Origin: Candidatus Poribacteria bacterium
GTDB lineage: Bacteria; Poribacteria; WGA-4E; PCPOR2b
Assembly: GCA_965116925.1 (NCBI GenBank)
Contig: OZ220744.1
Location: 224,001 to 288,000 of the forward strand
Length of the DNA stretch: 64,000 nucleotides
Reading direction: 5' to 3'
Below are positions 20,064 through 30,231 of this stretch, piece by piece. A model generated the notes under the pieces. It was not told the origin of the DNA. It was given only the letters and a program-made list of their open reading frames with translations, and made no database searches. Both the position numbers and the translations under genes were made by a program. Within the stretch, counting starts at the first letter, position 1, and every line of letters starts with the position of its first letter.

Positions 20064-21404
20064 CTACCGGACCAAGCGACGGAACGGATCCTTCTTCAGA
20101 TCAGATTCCAGCAAACTATCAACATCTCCCGCATCTACACCGGATTTTATCACACCCAATGTTCCCGCCACCGCATCAGCAGTCAAACGGATATCTTCTT
20201 CGGTGTGGGCAAGCGTTCCCTTAAATCCCATATAACAATGGATCCCTCGCTTTGCCATTTCTTGGACAAATAGCGTTTTGACTTGGGGTGCCAACGTTTC
20301 GTCTGGCAAGTCAAGGGAAACACCAAGGGCTGCGTGGAGACCGGTACAGGAACCTGATAGCCCACTCGCATCAATTACTTCGTTGAGAACGGAACGCAAA
20401 TTCTCGCCAAGTTCCTTAAACCGAACCTCAGAGTTCCGACGTCTCAATTCACGAATCGTCGTTAATGCAGCAACAGGTCCAATGTTATCACTCCAATAGG
20501 AACTGGAGATAAACATACGGCTGGCTGGCTCCATCACTTCTCGTGAGCCAACGACAGCACCCATCGGATAGCCGTTTGACATCGCCTTTGCGACGACCGT
20601 CATATCTGGGGTAACTCCTAGAGGTCTTTGCATACCACCAACCGAATACCGCCAACCACAAGATACCTCGTCAAAGATAAAAATGGCATCGTGCTTGTGG
20701 GCAAGGGCTTTAACGCCTTCCAGATATCCCGGCTCCGGCAACTCAGAGCGAGCGGGCTCCATCATAACTGCTGCAACCTCACCTTGATTCTCCTCTAGCA
20801 ATCCCTCTAACATAGCAAGGTCGCCGTAAACAAAGGGAATAGCCGTTCCCGCGAGTGCTTGAGGGACACCAATCGGTTCAATCCCTGCAAACGGATATTC
20901 ACCGCTTTCAGGATCGACACCGTAATTCGCCGCTTGATACCAGTCGTGCCAACCGTGATAGCCGCAGAATATAATCTTATCTTTGCCGGTTGTGCCTCGT
21001 GCGATGCGCGCCGCGACAGCACAGGCTTCGCCGCCACCTTTGGTATAACGTACCATCTCAGCACTTGGGATGGTTACTATCAGTTCCTCCGCTAATTCGA
21101 GTTCGATCGGTCCATTCAACGTGTAAAGGCTACCGCGATCAATCTGCTCTTTGACCGCCGTATCCACGACCGGATCCGCATGACCGAGGATAATCGCGCC
21201 GACTGCATTGACCCAATCGATGTATTCATTTCCATCTACGTCAATGAAACGTGAGCCTTTAGCGCGTTGGGCATAGGTCGGACTAACGCCGTTAGCAAAC
21301 TGACTGGCACGTCGGCTGATCAGTTGTGTCCAGCCGGGGATAATTTCGCCAGCCCGTTGGTAGAGTTCATTAGAACGGGTAACGTCATAGGTACGTTCAG
21401 ACAT
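20064..21404 (-). CDS. Class III aminotransferase (GSA-aminomutase-like)
   Basis: GYHGWHDW, IFDEV, AKAMSNGYP (PLP Lys). Confidence 0.88.
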   Translation of the reverse strand: MSERTYDVTRSNELYQRAGEIIPGWTQLISRRASQFANGVSPTYAQRAKGSRFIDVDGNEYIDWVNAVGAIILGHADPVVDTAVKEQIDRGSLYTLNGPIELELAEELIVTIPSAEMVRYTKGGGEACAVAARIARGTTGKDKIIFCGYHGWHDWYQAANYGVDPESGEYPFAGIEPIGVPQALAGTAIPFVYGDLAMLEGLLEENQGEVAAVMMEPARSELPEPGYLEGVKALAHKHDAIFIFDEVSCGWRYSVGGMQRPLGVTPDMTVVAKAMSNGYPMGAVVGSREVMEPASRMFISSSYWSDNIGPVAALTTIRELRRRNSEVRFKELGENLRSVLNEVIDASGLSGSCTGLHAALGVSLDLPDETLAPQVKTLFVQEMAKRGIHCYMGFKGTLAHTEEDIRLTADAVAGTLGVIKSGVDAGDVDSLLESDLKKDPFRRLVR

Positions 21405-21599
21405 GTTTTACTCCTTTCTGTTTGGCATACTCCCAAAGCTAAAGCATTGGGAGTCTTACCCGTTGCTTTAGCACGTAGGTTGGGTTGAACGGTAAAAGCG
21501 AATTCCTATCAATAACAATGGAATCTATGCTTTTGAACAACACCTTTTTATAAATAGGTTAAAGTGAAACCCAACACCATACTGAAGTGATTTACCTGT

Positions 21600-21678
21600 C
21601 GCTCCAGAGGAGCGATATGTCTATAGAATGTTGATACTCTATTGCCTCTGCGCTCCAGAGGAGCGCAATGTATATAGC
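21600..21678. repeat. Tandem CGCTCCAGNGGAGCG hairpin repeat, copy 1
   Basis: Two hairpins; homologous copy at 28977-29053. Confidence 0.75.
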
Positions 21679-21752
21679 AAAATTCTGTCTTTGTTTCCTG
21701 CTCGTTTTCAGTATTTGCCATAGCGGAACAATAAGCAGTAACTCGCGCTATA

Positions 21753-23174
21753 CTATTCAGCCACAGCCGGTCTCCGTTTCCAAAAACCTGTCGCCTGTTC
21801 AAAGGCATGAGCCAATTGAAGCACACCAAAGTCGTCTTGGTGTCGCCCAACAATTTGGACACCTACCGGCAAACCGTTGGGGGTGAAACCACAAGGCACC
21901 GAAATCGCAGGTAAGCCGAGAACGCTAATGTAATAGCAGGAGCGCATCCAGTCGATATATGTCTCCATTTTCACGCCGTTGATTTCAGTAATATACCGCT
22001 GCTTCACGTCGAAGGGGAGTGCCTGATTAACGGGAAGAATCAGAAATTCGTAAGTCTCCATGAACTCCCGCACACGCTGATAAAGTGCTGTCCGCTTAAT
22101 CTCTGCCTCCCCAATCTGTTGCCCACTTAACTCCATACCCGCTTTGATGTTCCAAACCACGGTCTCCTTTATCTGGTCCGGGTGGGTTTCTAGCAGCTTG
22201 GAATAAGCAAGTTCAAAACGCCATGCACGCCACACCTTAAATGCCTCGTCCGCGTCCGTGAAATCCGGAGCGTCGTTCACAGCTACACAGCCTAACGATT
22301 CAAAGATCCCTCGTTGTGCATCAATGGTGGCAGTCACCTGCGGATCCACCGGCAGTCCCCCCAGATCTCGATCCCAAGCGATATGCACACCACTGAAATC
22401 ACGTTCAAGGGAGCGAGAGAACATCTCCCCCGGCTCACTGATAGAGATCGGTGCGCGTCGATCGGGACCAGCAATTGCACTCAACATCAAGGCAGCATCC
22501 TGTACTGTCCGCGCCATGGGGCCCTCCACCGATATCGGAAACCAACCCAACACGGCGGGCCACACAGGCACTCTGCCCGGAGAAGTGCGAAAGCCCACGA
22601 CATTACAGAAGTTGGCGGGATTGCGAAGCGAACCACCCATATCACTCCCATCTGCGATAGGCAGCATACCACAGGCTAACGCAACCGCAGCACCGCCACT
22701 ACTACCGCCACAGGTCTTGGTTAAGTCATACGGATTGAGCGTCTCTCCAAACACCTCGTTGTAGGTTTGCGATCCAGCACCAAACTCCGGCGTGTTGGTC
22801 TTGCCAATGGTAATAGCTCCGGCTTTCTTCAGACGTTCCACAATCAGAGCGTCGTGTTCAGGCACAAAGTCCTTAAAAATTGGAGAGCCGTAGGTGGTGC
22901 ACATCCCTTTGGTTTCAACGAGATCTTTATGCGCTATGGGCAGCCCATGCAGCGGACCCACCTCCTCGCCACGCGCCAACGCTGCATCCGCGGCATCTGC
23001 TTGGTCTATCACTTCGGTGCGATCCAAGTGTGTAACGATGGCGTTTACCTTCGGATTAACGCGCTCGATTTGAGCCAAATGTGCTTCCATAACCTCTCTG
23101 ACGGAGAGCTCCTTCGCACGGATCCGACGCATCAACTCTGTAGCGGTTAGGAAACATATCTCTGTATTGGACAT
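21753..23174 (-). CDS. Amidase signature family enzyme
   Basis: AHKD, GGSSGG, SDMGGSLRNPA. Confidence 0.93.
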   Translation of the reverse strand: MSNTEICFLTATELMRRIRAKELSVREVMEAHLAQIERVNPKVNAIVTHLDRTEVIDQADAADAALARGEEVGPLHGLPIAHKDLVETKGMCTTYGSPIFKDFVPEHDALIVERLKKAGAITIGKTNTPEFGAGSQTYNEVFGETLNPYDLTKTCGGSSGGAAVALACGMLPIADGSDMGGSLRNPANFCNVVGFRTSPGRVPVWPAVLGWFPISVEGPMARTVQDAALMLSAIAGPDRRAPISISEPGEMFSRSLERDFSGVHIAWDRDLGGLPVDPQVTATIDAQRGIFESLGCVAVNDAPDFTDADEAFKVWRAWRFELAYSKLLETHPDQIKETVVWNIKAGMELSGQQIGEAEIKRTALYQRVREFMETYEFLILPVNQALPFDVKQRYITEINGVKMETYIDWMRSCYYISVLGLPAISVPCGFTPNGLPVGVQIVGRHQDDFGVLQLAHAFEQATGFWKRRPAVAE

Positions 23175-23182
23175 AAATTCTT

Positions 23183-24193
23183 CTAATCCTTCCAATTAAA
23201 AATGACGCCCAACATCGATTTTTCCCGATGGTACGCCATCTCATAAGCCTTGACTATCTCTGTGTAGTGGAAGCGATGGGTGACTAACCGCTTCGGCTCA
23301 ACGAGTCCCTCCGCCATTAACGAAACGATATAATCTCCCTGTCGATCATTGTGGAATCGGGTTTCAGGTGTAGGATAAAGATACCCTGGAGGTCCGGACA
23401 CCGCGATGATTGAGATCCCTTTGTTATAGAACAATTCCATCGGCAACGGATTAAAATCGAGAGACGGTTCGCCACGCCCAAGCAGACTGACCACGGATAC
23501 GCGACCGTTATCCCGGACTATCTCTAGAGATGTGCGAAAAGCGGGCCAAGGATTTGCCGTGAGGATAACCAAATCAATGCCGATACCCTTGGTAAATTCA
23601 TCTAACTTTGTATCTAGATCAGGATCGTTATACAGGAATGCGGCGTGGGCACCCATTCGCTTTGCCATCTCTAAGCGGATGGGACTGTTGCCAATTCCAA
23701 CAACCCTTGCCCCAAAGGGCTGACCCAATCCAACCGCTCCCAATCCAAGCACCCCTAGCCCGACCACCGCCACATTCTCACCGGGCTGAAAATGCGCTTT
23801 GCGATAGCAGTGACCGCTGAGGGCATAGAGATGGGTGTAGACAGCATCCTCTGGATGAACACCATCGGGCACTTTGACAATGCTTGCCGATTCGTCGGTG
23901 ATATATTCGGATTGGTGAGGTTGACGGGTCACAACCCGATCACCAACCTTTACACGAGTCACTTCACTGCCGATACCACGAACAGTCCCCAAGTTGCTGT
24001 CCCCGACCCATCGGGGATAGCCCGGTGCGCCTGGGACCTGTTCCGCACCTTCATAGTTGCCGCGATCTGTCCCAATTTTTAGGGCGGAGATCTCGGTCTC
24101 AATCCAAATGTCTGTCGGTTTCAAGTTATCCGTATCAAGGGGGTGTTCCTCCATGCGAAGATCTCGTGCTCCGTATAGAATTGGAATTTTCAT
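23183..24193 (-). CDS. Medium-chain alcohol dehydrogenase-like protein
   Basis: VVGLGVLG Rossmann motif; LVTHRF. Confidence 0.85.
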   Translation of the reverse strand: MKIPILYGARDLRMEEHPLDTDNLKPTDIWIETEISALKIGTDRGNYEGAEQVPGAPGYPRWVGDSNLGTVRGIGSEVTRVKVGDRVVTRQPHQSEYITDESASIVKVPDGVHPEDAVYTHLYALSGHCYRKAHFQPGENVAVVGLGVLGLGAVGLGQPFGARVVGIGNSPIRLEMAKRMGAHAAFLYNDPDLDTKLDEFTKGIGIDLVILTANPWPAFRTSLEIVRDNGRVSVVSLLGRGEPSLDFNPLPMELFYNKGISIIAVSGPPGYLYPTPETRFHNDRQGDYIVSLMAEGLVEPKRLVTHRFHYTEIVKAYEMAYHREKSMLGVIFNWKD

Positions 24194-24216
24194 ACGCTCT
24201 CCTCAAAAGTCGGGTG

Positions 24217-25692
24217 TTAGATATTATCAAAGGGATATAATCTGCGACCGAGTCGTTTGAAGGTCAAATCACTCAGTGTATGGACGCTAGGCTCATACAC
24301 AACATGGATCGCCCCCGCCCACGACTCAAACCCTGCGCGAAAGTGGGCGGAAGATTTGACCCCGATATAGCGCATCTGGCGCGGCTCTAGTCCAAGTGTA
24401 CGCGAAAAGGCGGTGTCAAAGGGTTGCTCCCGCTGCGTGACCAACAGGACGTGAATACCGTCCTGCTTGATATGCGCTGATGGTCCCATGGTACTGCTCA
24501 AACCGGCAAGCATCGGTCCATCGTAACGGAAATCGCCATCCGACAGCGCAATCACCTCTGCTGTCATGCGGATAGGCTGCCCCTGTGTGGGGGTTGATTT
24601 GGCACCAACATCTAGGGTCAACGTCGCGCCCACGCCAGCGCGATGACACGCTGCAATTGCCTCCGGATCAACGATGTAAAGTATGCAGGCATCCTGAAGC
24701 CCCGCTTCTATGAAACACTCCAACATACCGGTGCTATCGCCCGGGGAACCACCGCCGGTATTGTCGTTTCGATCCGCAAAAATCACCGGGAATTTTCCCT
24801 CCGCTTCGGCAATTTCTAGGGCTTCACGCGTTGTCAGTGAAGGACCGTGCCACGTTTCGCGTCGCTCAAAGATCCATTCCCCCAACTGGTCAGCATAGTT
24901 CTGAGCTAAGGCTTGGTCATTATCGGTCACGATGTAAACCGATGCGCCCATATTCGGCACATCCGCTAAATAGTAGCAGGTTGCAATCGAACCACAGATG
25001 ACGCCGGGCTGGGCTTCGATACGATGCAGCTCCTCAATCGCCTCCCGCATCGGTGGGTGCGCTGTGACTTGGTGTATCCCCCAGATCATCGGGATTTGAT
25101 GCAGTGCCATCGTCGGGCGTTTGCCATCATTCACAATGGACATCAGCACATCGGCACATTCGCGACTGCGCTCCGCCATATCAATCTCCGGATAGGTCTC
25201 CCGCCCAATCAACACATCTGCAGCGTCAACCATCTCTGGAGAGACGTTGGAATGAATATCCAGTTGTGCAAGGATCGGAATCTCTGGACCAACCACCTGA
25301 CGAATCGCTGCCAGTATATGACCCTCTGGGTCGTCAATGCTATCAGGCTCCTCAAGGTATCCGACCACCATCGAGCCGTGCAACCCAAACAGCACCCCGT
25401 CTATTGAACCGGCTTCAGCAATTCCGTTTAATATCTCCTCCAAAATAGCATCAAAGATGTTTCGAGGGGTTGGTCCGCTGGGGTGTGCTTCAGCGAAAAC
25501 GGTCGGAATTAGTTCAAAACCGTGAGTTTCCGCACCGTCAATAAATCCGCCAATTGGGGTGTTGGTGCGTCGGAATATATTTAATATCTCTTCGCCCCGC
25601 AGGTAGAACCGTTCCTTGTAACTCTCCCAATCTGTTTCGACTGTGGTGAAAGTACTGGTCTCGTGGGCGATCCCGCCGGTAACAACTCTCAT
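24217..25692 (-). CDS. M81 metallopeptidase (MlrC family)
   Basis: IAHETSTF, LHGSM, LDIHSN, DNTGGG, VKSSAHFRAGF. Confidence 0.92.
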   Translation of the reverse strand: MRVVTGGIAHETSTFTTVETDWESYKERFYLRGEEILNIFRRTNTPIGGFIDGAETHGFELIPTVFAEAHPSGPTPRNIFDAILEEILNGIAEAGSIDGVLFGLHGSMVVGYLEEPDSIDDPEGHILAAIRQVVGPEIPILAQLDIHSNVSPEMVDAADVLIGRETYPEIDMAERSRECADVLMSIVNDGKRPTMALHQIPMIWGIHQVTAHPPMREAIEELHRIEAQPGVICGSIATCYYLADVPNMGASVYIVTDNDQALAQNYADQLGEWIFERRETWHGPSLTTREALEIAEAEGKFPVIFADRNDNTGGGSPGDSTGMLECFIEAGLQDACILYIVDPEAIAACHRAGVGATLTLDVGAKSTPTQGQPIRMTAEVIALSDGDFRYDGPMLAGLSSTMGPSAHIKQDGIHVLLVTQREQPFDTAFSRTLGLEPRQMRYIGVKSSAHFRAGFESWAGAIHVVYEPSVHTLSDLTFKRLGRRLYPFDNI

Positions 25693-25781
25693 TGGTGTTT
25701 CTCCTTTAACTCTCCCGTTCTATGATTCGGGTGCACCATCGGAAAACGCTGGATTTTATGATCATAGATAAACGCGCAGCT

Positions 25782-25890
25782 ATCTTACCAATTTATCAAC
25801 CACTGGTCAACAAAAATCACTGAGCGAAACTTCTAGCAGGGCAACGGTGTTTATAAAATCATTGATCCGCTGCTATTCTGATGTTATAAT
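25782..25890. promoter_or_regulatory. Divergent sigma70-type promoters
   Basis: Minus strand TTGACC-N17-TAAGAT (25810-25782); plus strand TTGATC-N17-TATAAT with TG (25862-25890). Confidence 0.6.
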
Positions 25891-25941
25891 CTTAGGTCAA
25901 CGTTTCAAGATTTCTACTCCTAAAAAGAAGGAGAATGCGTT

Positions 25942-26541
25942 TTGCGTACCTCCGACGAAGAATTGATGATGAAGTGTCGAAACGGTGACATGAGTGCTTT
26001 CGAGTTAATCGTGATGCGCTATAAAGACCTCATCACAAATTTCATCTATCGATCTGTAGGCGACTATCACCGAGCGGAAGACTTGGCGCAGGAGACGTTT
26101 CTGCGCGTTTTCAGGAGTGCGAACCGTTATGAGCCGAAGTGTCGATTCAAAAATTGGCTGTATCTTATCGCAACGAATTTATGTCGTAATGAAATTCGGG
26201 ATCGGAAGCGACGCAATACCGCCTATCTTGACGATCTTGTGCCTGACAGTGAAGATGTCAGCTATTTTGAGTTAATGCAGGATGTCAGTCAACTGCCCGA
26301 CGAAGTCTACGAGAAAAAGGAACGACAAATCATCATCCAACAAACAATTAACCGCTTACCTGAAAACCAACGTCTGGCACTGCTTCTTGTAAGCTATCAA
26401 AATCTGAGGTACGATGAAATCGCAGAAGTGCTTGAGTGCTCTGTTAGTGCCGTGAAATCGCTTATCCATCGCGCCCGCCAGAATATGAAAACACTCCTAA
26501 TAGAAGTTGGAATTGGAGAGAGTTCCCATGCTAAAGTGTGA
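25942..26541 (+). CDS. ECF sigma factor
   Basis: AEDLAQETFLRV, WLYLIATN, YDEIAEVL..AVKSLIHRAR. Confidence 0.95.
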   Translation: MRTSDEELMMKCRNGDMSAFELIVMRYKDLITNFIYRSVGDYHRAEDLAQETFLRVFRSANRYEPKCRFKNWLYLIATNLCRNEIRDRKRRNTAYLDDLVPDSEDVSYFELMQDVSQLPDEVYEKKERQIIIQQTINRLPENQRLALLLVSYQNLRYDEIAEVLECSVSAVKSLIHRARQNMKTLLIEVGIGESSHAKV

Positions 26542-27091
26542 AAATGTTCAACCACAGTTATCCGCTTATGTAGACCGTGAGATGCCCTTGTGGACAATTC
26601 AGCTGATTCAGTGGCACCTCAAGCGTTGTTCAAGTTGTGCACACGAGACAATGCGCCTCCGACAAACAAACAAAATCCTTCACCAACTTGAGCCGGTGAA
26701 AACCTCTGACAATTTCCTGTCGGATCTAATGCGTCAAGCCGCAGCAATCACTGTAATTGAAAAGGAGCGAATCCCTGTTATTCGTCGTGTCCTACGGCGA
26801 CTGGAGTCATCGTTTGCATGGATGCTTTATAGCTTTCGGACGCGAGTGCGTCCCTATGCCGTTGTAACTTCATTGGCAGTGGTCGCAGCTGTCATGAGTA
26901 TGACGCTGTACCAACCACGGCTCCCACTCTTATCGAACGATACGCTGACACTGGCTCAGGCACCAACGGATAAACAAGCCGTGCTCGTAGAATTTGAGAT
27001 TGTTCCGATCAATCAATTCCCTAAACCGCACCTATCTGCTAATCGACGAACGGTGCCTTTCACACCAATCGACCAACAACAAGGAAGGTAA
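26528..27091 (+). CDS. zf-HC2 anti-sigma factor
   Basis: C..LSAYVD..HLKRCSSC plus a TM helix; overlaps the sigma gene. Confidence 0.85.
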   Translation: MLKCENVQPQLSAYVDREMPLWTIQLIQWHLKRCSSCAHETMRLRQTNKILHQLEPVKTSDNFLSDLMRQAAAITVIEKERIPVIRRVLRRLESSFAWMLYSFRTRVRPYAVVTSLAVVAAVMSMTLYQPRLPLLSNDTLTLAQAPTDKQAVLVEFEIVPINQFPKPHLSANRRTVPFTPIDQQQGR

Positions 27092-27110
27092 CAAAGCGTC
27101 AATTCTAATA

Positions 27111-27218
27111 TATAGTGAATTCAAAAAATAAATAGACACTTTCGCCCCCCATGTTTGGTAGGCGCTGTTTTCAACTGCGCCGATCTGGAGTGTCTCATTA
27201 ATTCTAAAATCTACTATA
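27111..27218. mobile_element. MITE family 1 copy
   Basis: TATAGTGAATTCAAAAAATAAA...AATCTACTATA. Confidence 0.85.
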
Positions 27219-27220
27219 AA

Positions 27221-27342
27221 TAGGCCTTACGCATTCCCTCTCAAAGTCCCCCTGATAAGGGGGATTTAGGGGGTTAAATACAACAAAATAACAACTTTTC
27301 AGCAAAATGTACCATGTTTCTGTTCAATTTGTGTAAGTCCTG
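27221..27342. mobile_element. MITE family 3 (AGGCCTTACGCA...TGTGTAAGTCCT)
   Basis: Imperfect TIR; ATAAA on both flanks; internal CCCCCTGATAAGGGGG palindrome; similar left end at 28890. Confidence 0.55.
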
Positions 27343-27377
27343 ATAAAGATAGGAATGAATTGCGGAAGGGAATAAAG

Positions 27378-28346
27378 ATGCCCAAAGCGATTTGTATCGG
27401 TGAACTACTCATCGATTTCGTTTCCACAACAGTTGATGTCACGCTTGCAGAAGCACCGGGATTCGCCAAAGCAGCGGGCGGTGCAACTGCGAACGTCGCC
27501 GTTGGCTTGGCAAAACTTGGCGTTGATTCAGGGTTTATCGGCAAAATTGGCGATGAACCGTTCGGCAATTTTCTGCGGGAGACACTTAAACAGAGTCGTG
27601 TTGATACCTCTCATCTCATCTCAGAGGCGAATCGCCGGACAACATTAGCATTTGTTGCTACCCGATCCGATGGCGCAAAGGACATCCTTTTCTATCGCAA
27701 TCCGGGGGCGGATATCCTGCTCAGACCTGACGAAATTGAGGCAGCGTATGTTCAATCTGCAGCCGTGTTTCACTACGGTTCGTGCAGTTTGAGTCACCAA
27801 CCCGTCCGCGACGCCACGTTGCAGGCGATTCAGTATGCGAAGGAAGCTAGCGCATTCATCTCCTACGATCCAAATCTGCGTCTGGTGATGTGGGATGCGC
27901 CGGAAGAGGCTAAACGCTGGATCTGGGAAGTTATGCCGTATGCGAATGTCGTCAAAGCCGCTGACGAGGAGTGGGAGTTTATCACGGGCACTCCTGAATT
28001 GGAGGAGGGAAGTGAGCGAATCTTGGAGACCGGCGTGGAACTGGTTATCGTGACGCTAGGCGAACACGGTTGTTATTACAATAACGGCTTGCATCAAGGT
28101 TATGTGGACGGATTCAAGGTCGAAGTGGTAGACCCACTCGGTGCGGGTGATGGATTCGTCGCAGCGATGCTAACACAAATAATGCGTTCCTCCGAAGGTG
28201 CGGGAAAACTGCCTGAACTCGATGATAACCAACTCCAAGAAATCATGAAATACGCCAACGCAGCAGGAGCCTTAACAACACAGAAAATCGGGGTCATCCC
28301 CGCTTTACCAACAGCATCGGAAATTGAAGCCTTTCTCAATTTTTAA
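27378..28346 (+). CDS. PfkB family carbohydrate kinase
   Basis: AGGATANVAVGLAKLG; DPLGAGDGF. Confidence 0.93.
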   Translation: MPKAICIGELLIDFVSTTVDVTLAEAPGFAKAAGGATANVAVGLAKLGVDSGFIGKIGDEPFGNFLRETLKQSRVDTSHLISEANRRTTLAFVATRSDGAKDILFYRNPGADILLRPDEIEAAYVQSAAVFHYGSCSLSHQPVRDATLQAIQYAKEASAFISYDPNLRLVMWDAPEEAKRWIWEVMPYANVVKAADEEWEFITGTPELEEGSERILETGVELVIVTLGEHGCYYNNGLHQGYVDGFKVEVVDPLGAGDGFVAAMLTQIMRSSEGAGKLPELDDNQLQEIMKYANAAGALTTQKIGVIPALPTASEIEAFLNF

Positions 28347-28488
28347 CTTATTTAGGGATTACGCACTTCAGATTGTAGTTGCCCGATTTATCGGGCATCA
28401 CGTTTCACGTTATCAATTGTTACAAACTAGCACCATTGGTTATGAAAGATATTGTGCATTACCATCCCATACAGAAAGGAATTACAGC

Positions 28489-28875
28489 ATGAGTGAAAAA
28501 ATAAGTGGAGCATTTGCTTCGCACATAAAGGATGCTAACTGGGAAGAAGGTTTACGCCCCTATTTCCTCTACCGAGATCTGGGGATCAACACCGCCACCG
28601 ATGGCAAGGTATTGGCACACGTCATTCGCGCCAACCAATCTTGTGACGGACCCATGGGCTACCACTCCCATGCCCTCGACTTCCAGATGAATTACCTGCT
28701 CAAGGGTTGGGCACGACTTGACTTTGAAGACATCGGCGAGATCCGCGTTGAGGCGGGCGATGCTTGGTATCAACCCCCCGGAATCAAGCATGAAGTGCTG
28801 GAGTATTCCGATGATTTTGAGGTCATTGAAATCACCATGCCCGCCGAGTTCCCCACACAAGATGAATCACGCTAG
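28489..28875 (+). CDS. Cupin domain protein
   Basis: YHSHALDFQ..YQPPGIKHE; start MSEK after an AAGGA RBS. Confidence 0.85.
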   Translation: MSEKISGAFASHIKDANWEEGLRPYFLYRDLGINTATDGKVLAHVIRANQSCDGPMGYHSHALDFQMNYLLKGWARLDFEDIGEIRVEAGDAWYQPPGIKHEVLEYSDDFEVIEITMPAEFPTQDESR

Positions 28876-28976
28876 ATAGCATTAACACATAGGACTTACG
28901 CATTCAAAATACGCTCATGTAAAGAAATTGTGTAACAGTGCAGGGACGGGATTTCCCCGTCGGTCAAACGCTTTTC

Positions 28977-29053
28977 GCTCCAGCGGAGCGATATATCTAT
29001 AGAATGCCGATACCTATGATACCCGCGCTCCAGCGGAGCGCAATGTATAAAGC
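28977..29053. repeat. Tandem CGCTCCAGNGGAGCG hairpin repeat, copy 2
   Basis: Homologous to 21600-21678. Confidence 0.75.
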
Positions 29054-29219
29054 GTACTAGTACACTGTCAGGCAAATTATGATTGTCTATATGGATCGAG
29101 ACTCATAATACTTCGTAGGGGTCGGGTCACCCGACCCCCTTGTTGATATGCAAAACTTATATGACTGAGTACTAGTTCAATGAACTAATGAACTAGTAAA
29201 CCAAATTGGAAGGATTAAT

Positions 29220-30113
29220 ATGAACGTTGGTTTCATCGGTCTGGGTAATATGGGCAATCCGATGGCAGCAAACCTCCTCAAAGCCCAATACAACTTAACA
29301 GTCCACGATCTCCGTCGTGAAATGGGACAGCCGCTTGAGGATGCCGGCGCAAAGTGGGGGACAAGCCCAAAGAACGTAGCAGCCCAATCAGACGTGGTGC
29401 TTACTTCGCTACCGGGGCCCAAAGAGGTCGAAGCAGTTGTTCTCGGTGAAGACGGTATCTTCGCAGGTCTGAACAGCGGCGGTACTTACATCGATCTGAG
29501 CACCAACTCACCCACAACCCTACAGAAAATCGCTGAAATTGGTGCGTCAAGAGGATTCCACGTCCTCGACGCGCCGATTAGTGGCGGCGTATTTGGTGCG
29601 AGAGACGGGACGCTCACCATATTTGTGGGTGGTGAGCAGACGGATTTTGAACGGCTTCAACCCCTGTTTCAGAGCATCGGTAGCCATATCGCTTACATGG
29701 GACCGATAGGTAGTGGACACGTAACCAAATTGGTAAACAACTTCATCATGTTCATCAATTTTGCTGGTGTTTGCGAAGGGATGGCGATGGGTGCCAAGGC
29801 GGGCATCCACCCACAAGCACTGCTCGATGTGATCAAGACCAGCACAGGCGATAGTATGTACCTGCGCCGAACAATCGGTTTACTCTTGGCTGGCGAGGAT
29901 GTGAACTCCGCTGCGGATCTGGCCGTTAAAGATGTGCACTTGGCGGTCGAACTGGGCAAGGAACTTGACATACCGATAGAAATCGGTCCGCTAGTCGAAG
30001 ATATTTTTAGGGCGTTCTGCAGTAAAGGACGTGGGCAGGAGGACCAGCTAGAAATCATGCGAGATTTTATGCTGAGATCGGGAGTAGATGTGCCGGAAAG
30101 AAAGTCATCATAG
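29220..30113 (+). CDS. Beta-hydroxyacid dehydrogenase (3-hydroxyisobutyrate dehydrogenase family)
   Basis: GFIGLGNMG, DAPISGG, KLVNN. Confidence 0.92.
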   Translation: MNVGFIGLGNMGNPMAANLLKAQYNLTVHDLRREMGQPLEDAGAKWGTSPKNVAAQSDVVLTSLPGPKEVEAVVLGEDGIFAGLNSGGTYIDLSTNSPTTLQKIAEIGASRGFHVLDAPISGGVFGARDGTLTIFVGGEQTDFERLQPLFQSIGSHIAYMGPIGSGHVTKLVNNFIMFINFAGVCEGMAMGAKAGIHPQALLDVIKTSTGDSMYLRRTIGLLLAGEDVNSAADLAVKDVHLAVELGKELDIPIEIGPLVEDIFRAFCSKGRGQEDQLEIMRDFMLRSGVDVPERKSS

Positions 30114-30231
30114 CTTCCCTCTCAGATATACGCACCTTCTCTTTTATTAGCTAATGAAAAAAGAAAACGCACAACACGAAAATAATTCGTAGGGGCGGGG
30201 TCTCCCCGCCCGTGCTTGCTTAACATGAGCC

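Noticed and set aside
20064..21404. hemL assignment
   Set aside because: Only family-level similarity and no tetrapyrrole genes nearby
21753..23174. gatA assignment
   Set aside because: No gatB/gatC nearby; generic amidase in a catabolic context
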